Below, piece after piece: positions 50,819 to 64,000 of a DNA stretch of 64,000 nt. The translations under genes were made by a program, and so were the position numbers. Every line of letters starts with the position of its first letter. Within the stretch, counting starts at the first letter, position 1. The notes beneath the pieces were generated by a model, which was not told where the DNA came from, ran no database searches, and saw only the letters and a program-made list of their open reading frames with translations. This DNA comes from Lepidodermella squamata (Eukaryota; Animalia; Gastrotricha): NCBI GenBank assembly GCA_047495785.1, contig JBLDXI010000064.1:868001-932000 (forward strand). The letters are read 5' to 3'.

Positions 50819-53800
50819 ACGCATATTCTTGCTTCATTTGATAGTGGCAACACGGTCAAACTCGTTTGCAGGCGATTCGCAACATTTCGGATGACCGATA
50901 TTTCGCTGCCAGCCAAAACAGGCTGGAACGCTGTTTTCAACCCTTGTACGCATCGCAGCTATGCGGAATCGTGCTGTACCCAGGCAATTCACGCATATTC
51001 TTGCTTCATTTGATAGTGGCAACACGGGCAAACACGTTTGCAGGCGATTCGCTAACATTTCGGATGACCGATATTTCGCTGCCAGCCAAAACAGGCTGGA
51101 ACGCTGTTTTCAACCCTTGTACGCATCGCAGCTATGCGGAATCGTGCTGTACCCAGGCAATTCACGCATATTCTTGCTTCATTTGATAGTGGCAACACGG
51201 GCAAACACGTTTGCAGGCGATTCGCTAACATTTCGGATGACCGATATTTCGCTGCCAGCCAAAACAGGCTGAAACGCTGTTTTCAACCCTTGTACGCATC
51301 GCAGCTATGCGGAATCGTGCTGAACCCAGGCAAATCACGCATATTCTTGCTTCATTTGATAGTGGCAACACGGGGAAACTCGTTTGCAGGCGATTTGCTA
51401 ACATTTCGGATGACCGATATTTCGCTGCCAGCCAAAACAGGCTGGAACGCTGTTTTCAACCCTTGTACGCATCGCAGCTATGCGAATCGTGCTGACACCA
51501 GGCAAATCACTCATATTCTTGCTTCATTTGATAGTGGCAACACGAGCAAACTCGTTTGCAGGCGATTCGCTAACATTTCGGATGACCGATATTTCGCTGC
51601 CAGCCAAAACAGGCTGGAACGCTGTTTTCAACCCTTGTACGCATCGCAGCTATGCGGAATCGTGCTGAACCCAGGCAAATCACGCATATTCTTGCTTCAT
51701 TTGATAGTGGCAACACGGTCAAACTCGTTTGCAGGCGATCGCAACATTTCGGATGACCGATATTTCGCTGCCAGCCAAAACAGGCTGGAACGCTGTTTTC
51801 AACCCTTGTACGCATCGCAGCTATGCGGAATCGTGCTGTACCCAGGCAATTCACGCATATTCTTGCTTCATTTGATAGTGGCAACACGGTCAAACTCGTT
51901 TGCAGGCGATTCGCAACATTTCGGATGACCGATATTTCGCTGCCAGCCAAAACAGGCTGGAACGCTGTTTTCAACCCTTGTACGCATCGCAGCTATGCGT
52001 AATCGTGCTGAACCCAGGCAAATCACGCATATTCTTGCTTCATTTGATAGTGGCAACACGGTCAAACTCGTTTGCAGGCGATTCGCAACATTTCGGATGA
52101 CCGATATTTCGCTGCCAGCCAAAACAGGCTGGAACGCTGTTTTCAACCCTTGTACGCATCGCAGCTATGCGGAATCGTGCTGTACCCAGGCAATTCACGC
52201 ATATTCTTGCTTCATTTGATAGTGGCAACACGGGCAAACACGTTTGCAGGCGATTCGCTAACATTTCGGATGACCGATATTTCGCTGCCAGCCAAAACAG
52301 GCTGGAACGCTGTTTTCAACCCTTGTACGCATCGCAGCTATGCGGAATCGTGCTGTACCCAGGCAATTCACGCATATTCTTGCTTCATTGATAGTGGCAA
52401 CACGGGCAAACACGTTTGCAGGCGATTCGCTAACATTTCGGATGACCGATATTTCGCTGCCAGCCAAAACAGGCTGGAACGCTGTTTTCAACCCTTGTAC
52501 GCATCGCAGCTATGCGGAATCGTGCTGAACCCAGGCAAATCACGCATATTCTTGCTTCATTTGATAGTGGCAACACGGTTCAAACTCGTTTGCAGGCGAT
52601 TCGCAACATTTCGGATGACCGATATTTCGCTGCCAGCCAAAACAGGCTGGAACGCTGTTTTCAACCCTTGTACGCATCGCAGCTATGCGGAATCGTGCTG
52701 TACCCAGGCAATTCACGCATATTCTTGCTTCATTTGATAGTGGCAACACGGGCAAACACGTTTGCAGGCGATTCGCTAACATTTCGGATGACCGATATTT
52801 CGCTGCCCAGCCAAAACAGGCTGTAACGCTGTTTTCAACCCTTGTACGCATCGCAGCTATACGGAATCGTGCTGAACCCAGGCAAATCACGCATATTCTT
52901 GCTTCATTTGATAGTGGCAACACGGGGAAACTCGTTTGCAGGCGATTTGCTAACATTTCGGATGACCGATATTTCGCTGCCAGCCAAAACAGGCTGAAAC
53001 GCTGTTTTCAACCCTTGTACGCATCGCAGCTATGCGGAATCGTGCTGAACCCAGGCAAATCACGCATATTCTTGCTTCATTTGATAGTGGCAACACGGGG
53101 AAACTCGTTTGCAGGCGATTTGCTAACATTTCGGATGACCGATATTTCGCTGCCAGCCAAAACAGGCTGGAACGCTGTTTTCAACCCTTGTACGCATCGC
53201 AGCTATGCGGAATCGTGCTGTACCCAGGCAATTCACGCATATTCTTGCTTCATTTGATAGTGCAACACGGGCAAACTCGTTTGCAGGCGATTTGCTAACA
53301 TTTCGGATGACCGATATTTCGCTGCCAGCCAAAACAGGCTGGAACTCTGTTTTCAACCCTTGTACGCATCGCAGCTATGCGGAATCGTGCTGAACCCAGG
53401 CAAATCACGCATATTCTTGCTTCATTTGATAGTGGCAACACGGGCAAACTCGTTTGCAGGCGATTCGTTAACATTTCGGATGACCGATATTTCGCTGCAG
53501 CCAAACAAACTGGAACGCTGTTTTCAACCCTTGTACGCATCGCAGCTATGCGGAATCGTGCTGAACCCAGGCAAATCACGCATATTCTTGCTTCATTTGA
53601 TAGTGGCAACACGGGCAAACTCGTTTGCAGGCGATTCGCTAACATTTCGGATGACCGATATTTCGCTGCCAGCCAAAACAGGCTGGAACGCTGTTTTCAA
53701 CCCTTGTACGCATCGCAGCTATGCGGAATCGTGCTGTACCCAGGCAATTCACGCATATTCTTGCTTCATTTGATAGTGGCAACACGGGGAAACTCGTTTG

Positions 53801-56800
53801 CAGGCGATTCGCTAACATTTCGGATGACCGATATTTCGCTGCCAGCCAAAACAGGCTGGAACGTTGTTTTCAACCCTTGTACGCATCGCAGCTATGCGGA
53901 ATCGTGCTGAACCCAGGGAAATCACGCATATTCTTGCTTCATTTGATAGTGGCAACACGGGCAAACTCGTTTGCAGGCGATTCGCAACATTTCGGATGAC
54001 CGATATTACGCTGCCAGCCAAAACAGGCTGTAACGCTGTTTCCAACCCTTGTACGCATCGCAGCTATGCGGAATCGTGCTGAACCCAGGCAAATCACGCA
54101 TATTCTTGCTTCATTTGATAGTGGCAACACGGGGAAACACGTTTGCAGGCGATTCGCTAACATTTCGGATGACCGATATTTCGCTGCCAGCCAAAACAGG
54201 CTGGAACGTTGTTTTCAACCCTTGTACGCATCGCAGCTATGCGGAATCGTGCTGAACCCCAGGGAAATCACGCATATTCTTGCTTCATTTGATAGTGGCA
54301 ACACGGGCAAACTCGTTTGCAGGCGATTCGCAACATTTCGGATGACCGATATTACGCTGCCAGCCAAAACAGGCTGGAACGTTGTTTTCAACCCTTGTAC
54401 GCATCGCAGCTATGCGGATCGTGCTGAACCCAGGCAAATCACGCATATTCTTGCTTCATTTGATAGTGGCAACACGGGGAAACTCGTTTTGCAGGCGATT
54501 CGCTAACATTTCGGATGACCGATATTTCGCTGCTAGCCAAAACAGGCTGGAACGTTGTTTTCAACCCTTGTACGCATCGCAGCTATGCGGAATCGTGCTG
54601 AACCCAGGGAAATCACGCATATTCTTGCTTCATTTGATAGTGGCAACACGGGCAAACTCGTTTGCAGGCGATTCGCAACATTTCGGATGACCGATATTAC
54701 GCTGCCAGCCAAAACAGGCTGTAACGCTGTTTCCAACCCTTGTACGCATCGCAGCTATGCGGAATCGTGCTGAACCCAGGCAAATCACGCATATTCTTGC
54801 TTCATTTGATCGTGGCAACACGGGCAAACTCGTTTGCAGGCGATTCGCTAACATTTCGGATGACCGATATTTCGCTGCCAGCCAAAACAGGCTGTAACGC
54901 TGTTTCCAACCCTTGTACGCATCGCAGCTATGCGGAATCGTGCTGAACCCAGGCAAATCACGCATATTCTTGCTTCATTTGATAGTGGCAACACGGGCAA
55001 ACACGTTTGCAGGCGATTCGCTAACATTTCGGATGACCGATATTTCGCTGCCAGCCAAAACAGGCTGGAACGCTGTTTTCAACCCTTGTACGCATCGCAG
55101 CTATGCGGAATCGTGCTGAACCCAGGCAAATCACGCATATTCTTGCTTCATTTGATAGTGGCAACACGGGGAAACTCGTTTGCAGGCGATTCGCTAACAT
55201 TTCGGATGACCGATATTTCGCTGCCAGCCAAAACAGGCTGTAACGCTGTTTTCAACCCCTTGTACGCATCGCAGCTATACGGAATCGTGCTGAACCCAGA
55301 TAAATCACGCATATTCTTGCTTCATTTGATAGTGGCAACACGGGCAAACACGTTTGCAGGCGATTCGCTAACATTTCGGATGACCGATATTTCGCTGCCA
55401 GCCAAAACAGGCTGGAACGCTGTTTTCAACCCTTGTACGCCTCGCAGCTATGCGGAATCGTGCTGAACCCAGGCAAATCACGCATATTCTTGCTTCATTT
55501 GATAGTGGCAACACGGGGAAACTCGTTTGCAGGCGATTCGCTAACATTTCGGATGACCGATATTTCGCTGCCAGCCAAAACAGGCTGTAACGCTGTTTTC
55601 AACCCTTGTACGCATCGCAGCTATACGGAATCGTGCTGAACCCAGATAAATCACGCATATTCTTGCTTCATTTGATAGTGGCAACACGGGCAAACACGTT
55701 TGCAGGCGATTCGCTAACATTTCGGATGACCGATATTTCGCTGCCAGCCAAAAACAGGCTGGAACGCTGTTTTCAACCCTTGTACGCATCGCAGCTATGC
55801 GGAATCGTGCTGAACCCAGGCAAATCACGCATATTCTTGCTTCATTTGATAGTGGCAACACGGGCAAACTCGTTTGCAGGCGATTCGCTAACATTTCGGA
55901 TGACCGATATTTCGCTGCCAGCCAAAACAGGCTGGAACGCTGTTTTCAACCCTTGTACGCATCGCAGCTATGCGGAATCGTGCTGAACCCAGGCAATTCA
56001 CGCATATTCTTGCTTCATTTGATAGTGGCAACACGGGCAAACTCGTTTGCAGGCGATTCGTTAACATTTCGGATGACCGATATTTCGCTGCCAGCCAAAA
56101 CAGGCTGGAACGCTGTTTTCAACCCTTGTACGCATCGCAGCTATGCGGAATCGTGCTGAACCCAGGCAAATCACGCATATTCTTGCTTCATTTGATAGTG
56201 GCAACACGGGCAAACTCGTTTGCAGGCGATTCGCTAACATTTCGGATGACCGATATTTCGCTGCCAGCCAAAACAGGCTGGAACGCTGTTTTCAACCCTT
56301 GTACGCATCGCAGCTATGCGGAATCGTGCTGAACCCAGGCAAATCACGCATATTCTTGCTTCATTTGATAGTGGCAACACGGGGAAACTCGTTTGCAGGC
56401 GATTCGCTAATATTTCGGATGACCGATATTTCGCTGCCAGCCAAAACAGGCTGTAACGCTGTTTTCAACCCTTGTACGCATCGCAGCTATGCGGAATCGT
56501 GCTGTACCCAGGCAAATCACGCATATTCTTGCTTCATTTGATCGTGGACAACACGGGCAAACTCGTTTGCAGGCGATTCGCTAACATTTCGGATGACCGA
56601 TATTTCGCTGCCAGCCAAAACAGGCTGGAACGCTGTTTTCAACCCTTGTACGCATCGCAGCTATGCGGAATCGTGCTGAACCCAGGCAAATCACGCATAT
56701 TCTTGCTTCATTTGATAGTGGCAACACGGGGAAACTCGTTTGCAGGCGATTCGCTAACATTTCGGATGACCGATATTTCGCTGCCAGCCAAAACAGGCTG

Positions 56801-59800
56801 TAACGCTGTTTTCAACCCTTGTACGCATCGCAGCTATACGGAATCGTGCTGAACCCAGATAAATCACGCATATTCTTGCTTCATTTGATAGTGGCAACAC
56901 GGGCAAACACGTTTGCAGGCGATTCGCTAACATTTCGGATGACCGATATTTCGCTGCCAGCCAAAACAGGCTGGAACGCTGTTTTCAACCCCTTGTACGC
57001 CTCGCAGCTATGCGGAATCGTGCTGAACCCAGGCAAATCACGCATATTCTTGCTTCATTTGATAGTGGCAACACGGGGAAACTCGTTTGCAGGCGATTCG
57101 CTAATATTTCGGATGACCGATATTTCGCTGCCAGCCAAAACAGGCTGTAACGCTGTTTCCAACCCTTGTACGCATCGCAGCTATGCGGAATCGTGCTGAA
57201 CCCAGGCAAATCACGCATATTCTTGCTTCATTTGATCGTGGCAACACGGGCAAACTCGTTTGCAGGCGATTCGCTAACATTTCGGATGACCGATATTTCG
57301 CTGCCAGCCAAAACAGGCTGTAACGCTGTTTCCAACCCTTGTACGCATCGCAGCTATGCGGAATCGTGCTGAACCCAGGCAAATCACGCATATTCTTGCT
57401 TCATTTGATAGTGGCAACACGGGCAAAACACGTTTGCAGGCGATTCGCTAACATTTCGGATGACCGATATTTCGCTGCCAGCCAAAACAGGCTGGAACGC
57501 TGTTTTCAACCCTTGTACGCATCGCAGCTATGCGGAATCGTGCTGTACCCAGGCAAATCACGCATATTCTTGCTTCATTTGATAGTGGCAACACGGGCAA
57601 ACACGTTTGCAGGCGATTCGCTAACATTTCGGATGACCGATATTTCGCTGCCAGCCAAAACAGGCTGTAACGCTGTTTTCAACCCTTGTACGCATCGCAG
57701 CTATACGGAATCGTGCTGAACCCAGATAAATCACGCATATTCTTGCTTCATTTGATAGTGGCAACACGGGCAAACTCGTTTGCAGGCGATTCGCTAACAT
57801 TTCGGATGACCGATATTTCGCTGCAGCCAAAACAGGCTGGAACGCTGTTTTCAACCCTTGTACGCATCGCAGCTATGCGGAATCGTGCTGAACCCAGGCA
57901 ATTCACGCATATTCTTGCTTCATTTGATAGTGGCAACACGGGCAAACTCGTTTGCAGGCGATTCGTTAACATTTCGGATGACCGATATTTCGCTGCCAGC
58001 CAAAACAGGCTGGAACGCTGTTTTCAACCCTTGTACGCATCGCAGCTATGCGGAATCGTGCTGAACCCAGGCAAATCACGCATATTCTTGCTTCATTTGA
58101 TAGTGGCAACACGGGCAAACTCGTTTGCAGGCGATTCGCTAACATTTCGGATGACCGATATTTCGCTGCCAGCCAAAACAGGCTGGAACGCTGTTTTCAA
58201 CCCTTGTACGCCTCGCAGCTATGCGGAATCGTGCTGAACCCAGGCAAATCACGCATATTCTTGCTTCATTTGATAGTGGCAACACGGGGAAACTCGTTTG
58301 CAGGCGATTCGCTAACATTTCGGATGACCGATATTTCGCTGCCAGCCAAAACAGGCTGTAACGCTGTTTTCAACCCTTGTACGCATCGCAGCTATACGGA
58401 ATCGTGCTGAACCCAGATAAATCACGCATATTCTTGCTTCATTTGATAGTGGCAACACGGGCAAACACGTTTGCAGGCGATTCGCTAACATTTCGGATGA
58501 CCGATATTTCGCTGCCAGCCAAAACAGGCTGGAACGCTGTTTTCAACCCTTGTACGCATCGCAGCTATGCGGAATCGTGCTGAACCCAGGCAAATCACGC
58601 ATATTCTTGCTTCATTTGATAGTGGCAACACGGGCAAACTCGTTTGCAGGCGATTCGCTAACATTTCGGATGACCGATATTTCGCTGCCAGCCAAAACAG
58701 GCTGGAAACGCTGTTTTCAACCTTGTACGCATCGCAGCTATGCGGAATCGTGCTGAACCCAGGCAATTCACGCATATTCTTGCTTCATTTGATAGTGGCA
58801 ACACGGGCAAACTCGTTTGCAGGCGATTCGTTAACATTTCGGATGACCGATATTTCGCTGCCAGCCAAAACAGGCTGGAACGCTGTTTTCAACCCTTGTA
58901 CGCATCGCAGCTATGCGGAATCGTGCTGAACCCAGGCAAATCACGCATATTCTTGCTTCATTTGATAGTGGCAACACGGGCAAACTCGTTTGCAGGCGAT
59001 TCGCTAACATTTCGGATGACCGATATTTCGCTGCCAGCCAAAACAGGCTGGAACGCTGTTTTCAACCCTTGTACGCATCGCAGCTATGCGGAATCGTGCT
59101 GAACCCAGGCAAATCACGCATATTCTTGCTTCATTTGATAGTGGCAACACGGGGAAACTCGTTTGCAGGCGATTCGCTAATATTTCGGATGACCGATATT
59201 TCGCTGCCAGCCAAAACAGGCTGTAACGCTGTTTTCAACCCTTGTACGCATCGCAGCTATGCGGAATCGTGCTGTACCCAGGCAAATCACGCATATTCTT
59301 GCTTCATTTGATAGTGGCAACACGGGCAAACTCGTTTGCAGGCGATTTGCTAACATTTCGGATGACGATATTTCGCTGCCAGCCAAAACAGGCTGTAACG
59401 CTGTTTCAAACCCTTTTACGCATCGCAGCTATGCGGAATCGTGCTGAACCCAGGCAAATCACGCATATTCTTGCTTCATTTGATAGTGGCAACACGGGCA
59501 AACACGTTTGCAGGCGATTCGCTAATATTTCGGATGACCGATATTTCGCTGCCAGCCAAAACAGGCTGGAACGCTGTTTTCAACCCTTGTACGCATCGCA
59601 GCTATGCGGAATCGTGCTGTACCCAGACAATTCACGCATATTCTTGCTTCATTTGATAGTGGCAACACGGGCAAACTCGTTTGCAGGCGATTCGTTAACA
59701 TTTCAGATGACCGATATTTCGCTGCCAGCCAAAACAGGCTGTAACGCTGTTTCAACCCTTGTACGCATCGCAGCTATACGGAATCGTGCTGAACCCAGAT

Positions 59801-62800
59801 AAATCACGTATATTCTTGCTTCATTTGATAGTGGCAACACGGGCAAACACGTTTGCAGGCGATTCGCTAACATTTCGGATGACCGATATTTCGCTGCCAG
59901 CCAAAACAGGCTGGAACGCTGTTTTCAACCTTGTACGCATCGCAGCTATGCGGAATCGTGCTGAACCCAGGCAAATCACGCATATTCTTGCTTCATTTGA
60001 TAGTGGCAACACGGGGAAACTCGTTTGCAGGCGATTCGCTAACATTTCGGATGACCGATATTTCGCTGCCAGCCAAAACAGGCTGTAACGCTGTTTTCAA
60101 CCCTTGTACGCATCGCAGCTATACGGAATCGTGCTGAACCCAGATAAATCACGCATATTCTTGCTTCATTTGATAGTGGCAACACGGGCAAACACGTTTG
60201 CAGGCGATTCGCTAACATTTCGGATGACCGATATTTCGCTGCCAGCCAAAACAGGCTGGAACGCTGTTTTCAACCCTTGTACGCATCGCAGCTATGCGGA
60301 ATCGTGCTGAACCCAGGCAAATCACGCATATTCTTGCTTCATTTGATAGTGGCAACACGGGGAAACTCGTTTGCAGGCGATTCGCTAACATTTCGGATGA
60401 CCGATATTTCGCTGCTAGCCAAAACAGGCTGGAACGTTGTTTTCAACCCTTGTACGCATCGCAGCTATGCGGAATCGTGCTGAACCCAGGAAATCACGCA
60501 TATTCTTGCTTCATTTGATAGTGGCAACACGGGCAAACTCGTTTGCAGGCGATTCGCAACATTTCGGATGACCGATATTACGCTGCCAGCCAAAACAGGC
60601 TGTAACGCTGTTTCCAACCCTTGTACGCATCGCAGCTATGCGGAATCGTGCTGAACCCAGGCAAATCACGCATATTCTTGCTTCATTTGATCGTGGCAAC
60701 ACGGGCAAACTCGTTTGCAGGCGATTCGCTAACATTTCGGATGACCGATATTTCGCTGCCAGCCAAAACAGGCTGTAACGCTGTTTCCAACCCTTGTACG
60801 CATCGCAGCTATGCGGAATCGTGCTGAACCCAGGCAAATCACGCATATTCTTGCTTCATTTGATAGTGGCAACACGGGCAAACACGTTTGCAGGCGATTC
60901 GCTAACATTTCGGATGACCGATATTTCGCTGCCAGCCAAAACAGGCTGGAACGCTGTTTTCAACCCTTGTACGCATCGCAGCTATGCGGAATCGTGCTGT
61001 ACCAGGCAAATCACGCATATTCTTGCTTCATTTGATAGTGGCAACACGGGCAAACACGTTTGCAGGCGATTCGCTAACATTTCGGATGACCGATATTTCG
61101 CTGCCAGCCAAAACAGGCTGTAACGCTGTTTTCAACCCTTGTACGCATCGCAGCTATACGGAATCGTGCTGAACCCAGATAAATCACGCATATTCTTGCT
61201 TCATTTGATAGTGGCAACACGGGCAAACACGTTTGCAGGCGATTCGCTAACATTTCGGATGACCGATATTTCGCTGCCAGCCAAAACAGGCTGGAACGCT
61301 GTTTTCAACCCTTGTACGCATCGCAGCTATGCGGAATCGTGCTGAACCCAGGCAAATCACGCATATTCTTGCTTCATTTGATAGTGGCAACACGGGGAAA
61401 CTCGTTTGCAGGCGATTCGCTAACATTTCGGATGACCGATATTTCGCTGCCAGCCAAACAGGCTGTAACGCTGTTTTCAACCCTTGTACGCATCGCAGCT
61501 ATACGGAATCGTGCTGAACCCAGATAAATCACGCATATTCTTGCTTCATTTGATAGTGGCAACACGGGCAAACACGTTTGCAGGCGATTCGCTAACATTT
61601 CGGATGACCGATATTTCGCTGCCAGCCAAAACAGGCTGGAACGCTGTTTTCAACCCTTGTACGCATCGCAGCTATGCGGAATCGTGCTGAACCCAGGCAA
61701 ATCACGCATATTCTTGCTTCATTTGATAGTGGCAACACGGGGAAACTCGTTTGCAGGCGATTCGCTAACATTTCGGATGACCGATATTTCGCTGCCAGCC
61801 AAAACAGGCTGTAACGCTGTTTTCAACCCTTGTACGCATCGCAGCTATACGGAATCGTGCTGAACCCAGATAAATCACGCATATTCTTGCTTCATTTGAT
61901 AGTGGCAACACGGGCAAACACGTTTGCAGGCGATTCGCTAACATTTCGGATGACCGATATTTCGCTGCCAGCCAAAACAGGCTGGAACGCTGTTTTCAAC
62001 CCTTGTACGCATCGCAGCTATGCGGAATCGTGCTGAACCAGGCAAATCACGCATATTCTTGCTTCATTTGATAGTGGCAACACGGGCAAACTCGTTTGCA
62101 GGCGATTCGCTAACATTTCGGATGACCGATATTTCGCTGCCAGCCAAAACAGGCTGGAACGCTGTTTTCAACCCTTGTACGCATCGCAGCTATGCGGAAT
62201 CGTGCTGAACCCAGGCAATTCACGCATATTCTCGCTTCATTTGATAGTGGCAACACGGGCAAACTCGTTTGCAGGCGATTCGTTAACATTTCGGATGACC
62301 GATATTTCGCTGCCAGCCAAAACAGGCTGGAACGCTGTTTTCAACCCTTGTACGCATCGCAGCTATGCGGAATCGTGCTGAACCCAGGCAAATCACGCAT
62401 ATTCTTGCTTCATTTGATAGTGGCAACACGGGGAAACTCGTTTGCAGGCGATTCGCTAACATTTCGGATGACCGATATTTCGCTGCCAGCCAAAACAGGC
62501 TGGAACGCTGTTTTCAACCCTTGTACGCATCGCAGCTATGCGGAATCGTGCTGAACCCAGGCAAATCACGCATATTCTTGCTTCATTTGATAGTGGCAAC
62601 ACGGGGAAACTCGTTTGCAGGCGATTCGCTAATATTTCGGATGACCGATATTTCACTGCCAGCCAAAAACAGGCTGTAACGCTGTTTTCAACCCTTGTAC
62701 GCATCGCAGCTATGCGGAATCGTGCTGTACCCAGGCAAATCACGCATATTCTTGCTTCATTTGATAGTGGCAACACGGGCAAACTCGTTTGCAGGCGATT

Positions 62801-64000
62801 TGCTAACATTTCGGATGACCGATATTTCGCTGCCAGCCAAAACAGGCTGTAACGCTGTTTCAAACCCTTTTACGCATCGCAGCTATGCGGAATCGTGCTG
62901 AACCCAGGCAAATCACGCATATTCTTGCTTCATTTGATAGTGGCAACACGGGCAAACACGTTTGCAGGCGATTCGCTAATATTTCGGATGACCGATATTT
63001 CGCTGCCAGCCAAAACAGGCTGGAACGCTGTTTTCAACCCTTGTACGCATCGCAGCTATGCGGAATCGTGCTGTACCCAGGCAATTCACGCATATTCTTG
63101 CTTCATTTGATAAGTGGCAACACGGGCAAACTCGTTTGCAGGCGATTCGTTAACATTTCAGATGACCGATATTTCGCTGCCAGCCAAAACAGGCTGTAAC
63201 GCTGTTTTCAACCCTTGTACGCATCGCAGCTATACGGAATCGTGCTGAACCCAGATAAATCACGTATATTCTTGCTTCATTTGATAGTGGCAACACGGGC
63301 AAACACGTTTGCAGGCGATTCGCTAACATTTCGGATGACCGATATTTCGCTGCCAGCCAAAACAGGCTGTAACGCTGTTTTCAACCCTTGTACGCATCGC
63401 AGCTATACGGAATCGTGCTGAACCCAGATAAATCACGCATATTCTTGCTTCATTTGATAGTGGCAACACGGGCAAACACGTTTGCAGGCGATTCGCTAAC
63501 ATTTCGGATGACCGATATTTCGCTGCCAGCCAAAACAGGCTGGAACGCTATTTTCAACCCTTGTACGCATCGCAGCTTTGCGGAATCGTGCTGAACCCAG
63601 GCAAATCACGCATATTCTTGCTTCATTTGATAGTGGCAACACGGGGAAACTCGTTTGCAGGCGATTCGCTAACATTTCGGATGACCGATATTTCGCTGCC
63701 AGCCAAAACAGGCTGGAACGCTATTTTCAACCCTTGTACGCATCGCAGCTTTGCGGAATCGTGCTGAACCCAGGCAAATCACGCATATTCTTGCTTCATT
63801 TGATAGTGGCAACACGGGGAAACTCGTTTGCAGGCGATTCGCTAACATTTCGGATGACCGATATTTCGCTGCCAGCCAAAACAGGCTGTAACGCTGTTTT
63901 CAACCCTTGTACGCATCGCAGCTATACGGAATCGTGCTGTACCCAGGCAAATCACGCATATTCTTGCTTCATTTGATAGTGGCAACACGGGCAAACTCGT
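50819..64000 (-). repeat. same 173-bp satellite in inverted orientation, ~76 monomers; mirror copy of ~37610-50794
   Basis: Reverse complement of the monomer; rare variants recur at mirror coordinates summing to ~101610. Confidence 0.98.

Noticed and set aside
14184-64000. Hundreds of 60-260 aa ORFs in the satellite (MYASQLCGIV..., MRNRAEPRQ..., MRDLPG...)
   Set aside because: The monomer length of 173 is not a multiple of 3, ORFs occur on both strands and all frames, variants freely create stops, and the longer ORFs on the right arm arise from sporadic indels.
14202-64000. CRISPR array or RNA-gene (5S, tRNA, snRNA, SL) tandem cluster
   Set aside because: No unique spacers, eukaryotic context, no recognisable RNA-gene sequence; Pol III A/B-box look-alikes (TGGCTGGCAGCG, GGTTCAGCAC) each miss a conserved A.

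Overview
Eukaryotic (probably invertebrate animal) genomic DNA with short 50-65 bp GT-AG introns. The first ~13.2 kb is gene-dense and holds four genes: (1) the 3' two-thirds of an ABCC/MRP-type ABC transporter; (2) a 7-exon minus-strand gene, invisible in the ORF track, for a 173-aa secreted Cys-rich protein; (3) a 3-exon DUF1295 (steroid 5-alpha-reductase-like) membrane protein gene; (4) a 16-exon gene for a ~706-aa secreted protein made of 13 tandem, alternating four-cysteine modules that I cannot assign to a known family. A 91-nt near-perfect hairpin lies at 3015-3105. From 14202 to the window end is a very homogeneous 173-bp, ~50% GC tandem satellite with nested higher-order duplications. 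At 50795-50818 the array folds back on itself: 50819-64000 is a variant-for-variant mirror image of ~37610-50794, a palindrome of at least 26 kb. The turn sits on a short inverted repeat inside the monomer that a rare variant makes perfect. The mirror arm carries many private 1-bp indels, so the palindrome may be a real fold-back inversion or a chimeric-read/amplification artefact. All ORFs listed inside the satellite are spurious. Exon structures and offsets were derived by hand from the sequence; no database searches were run.
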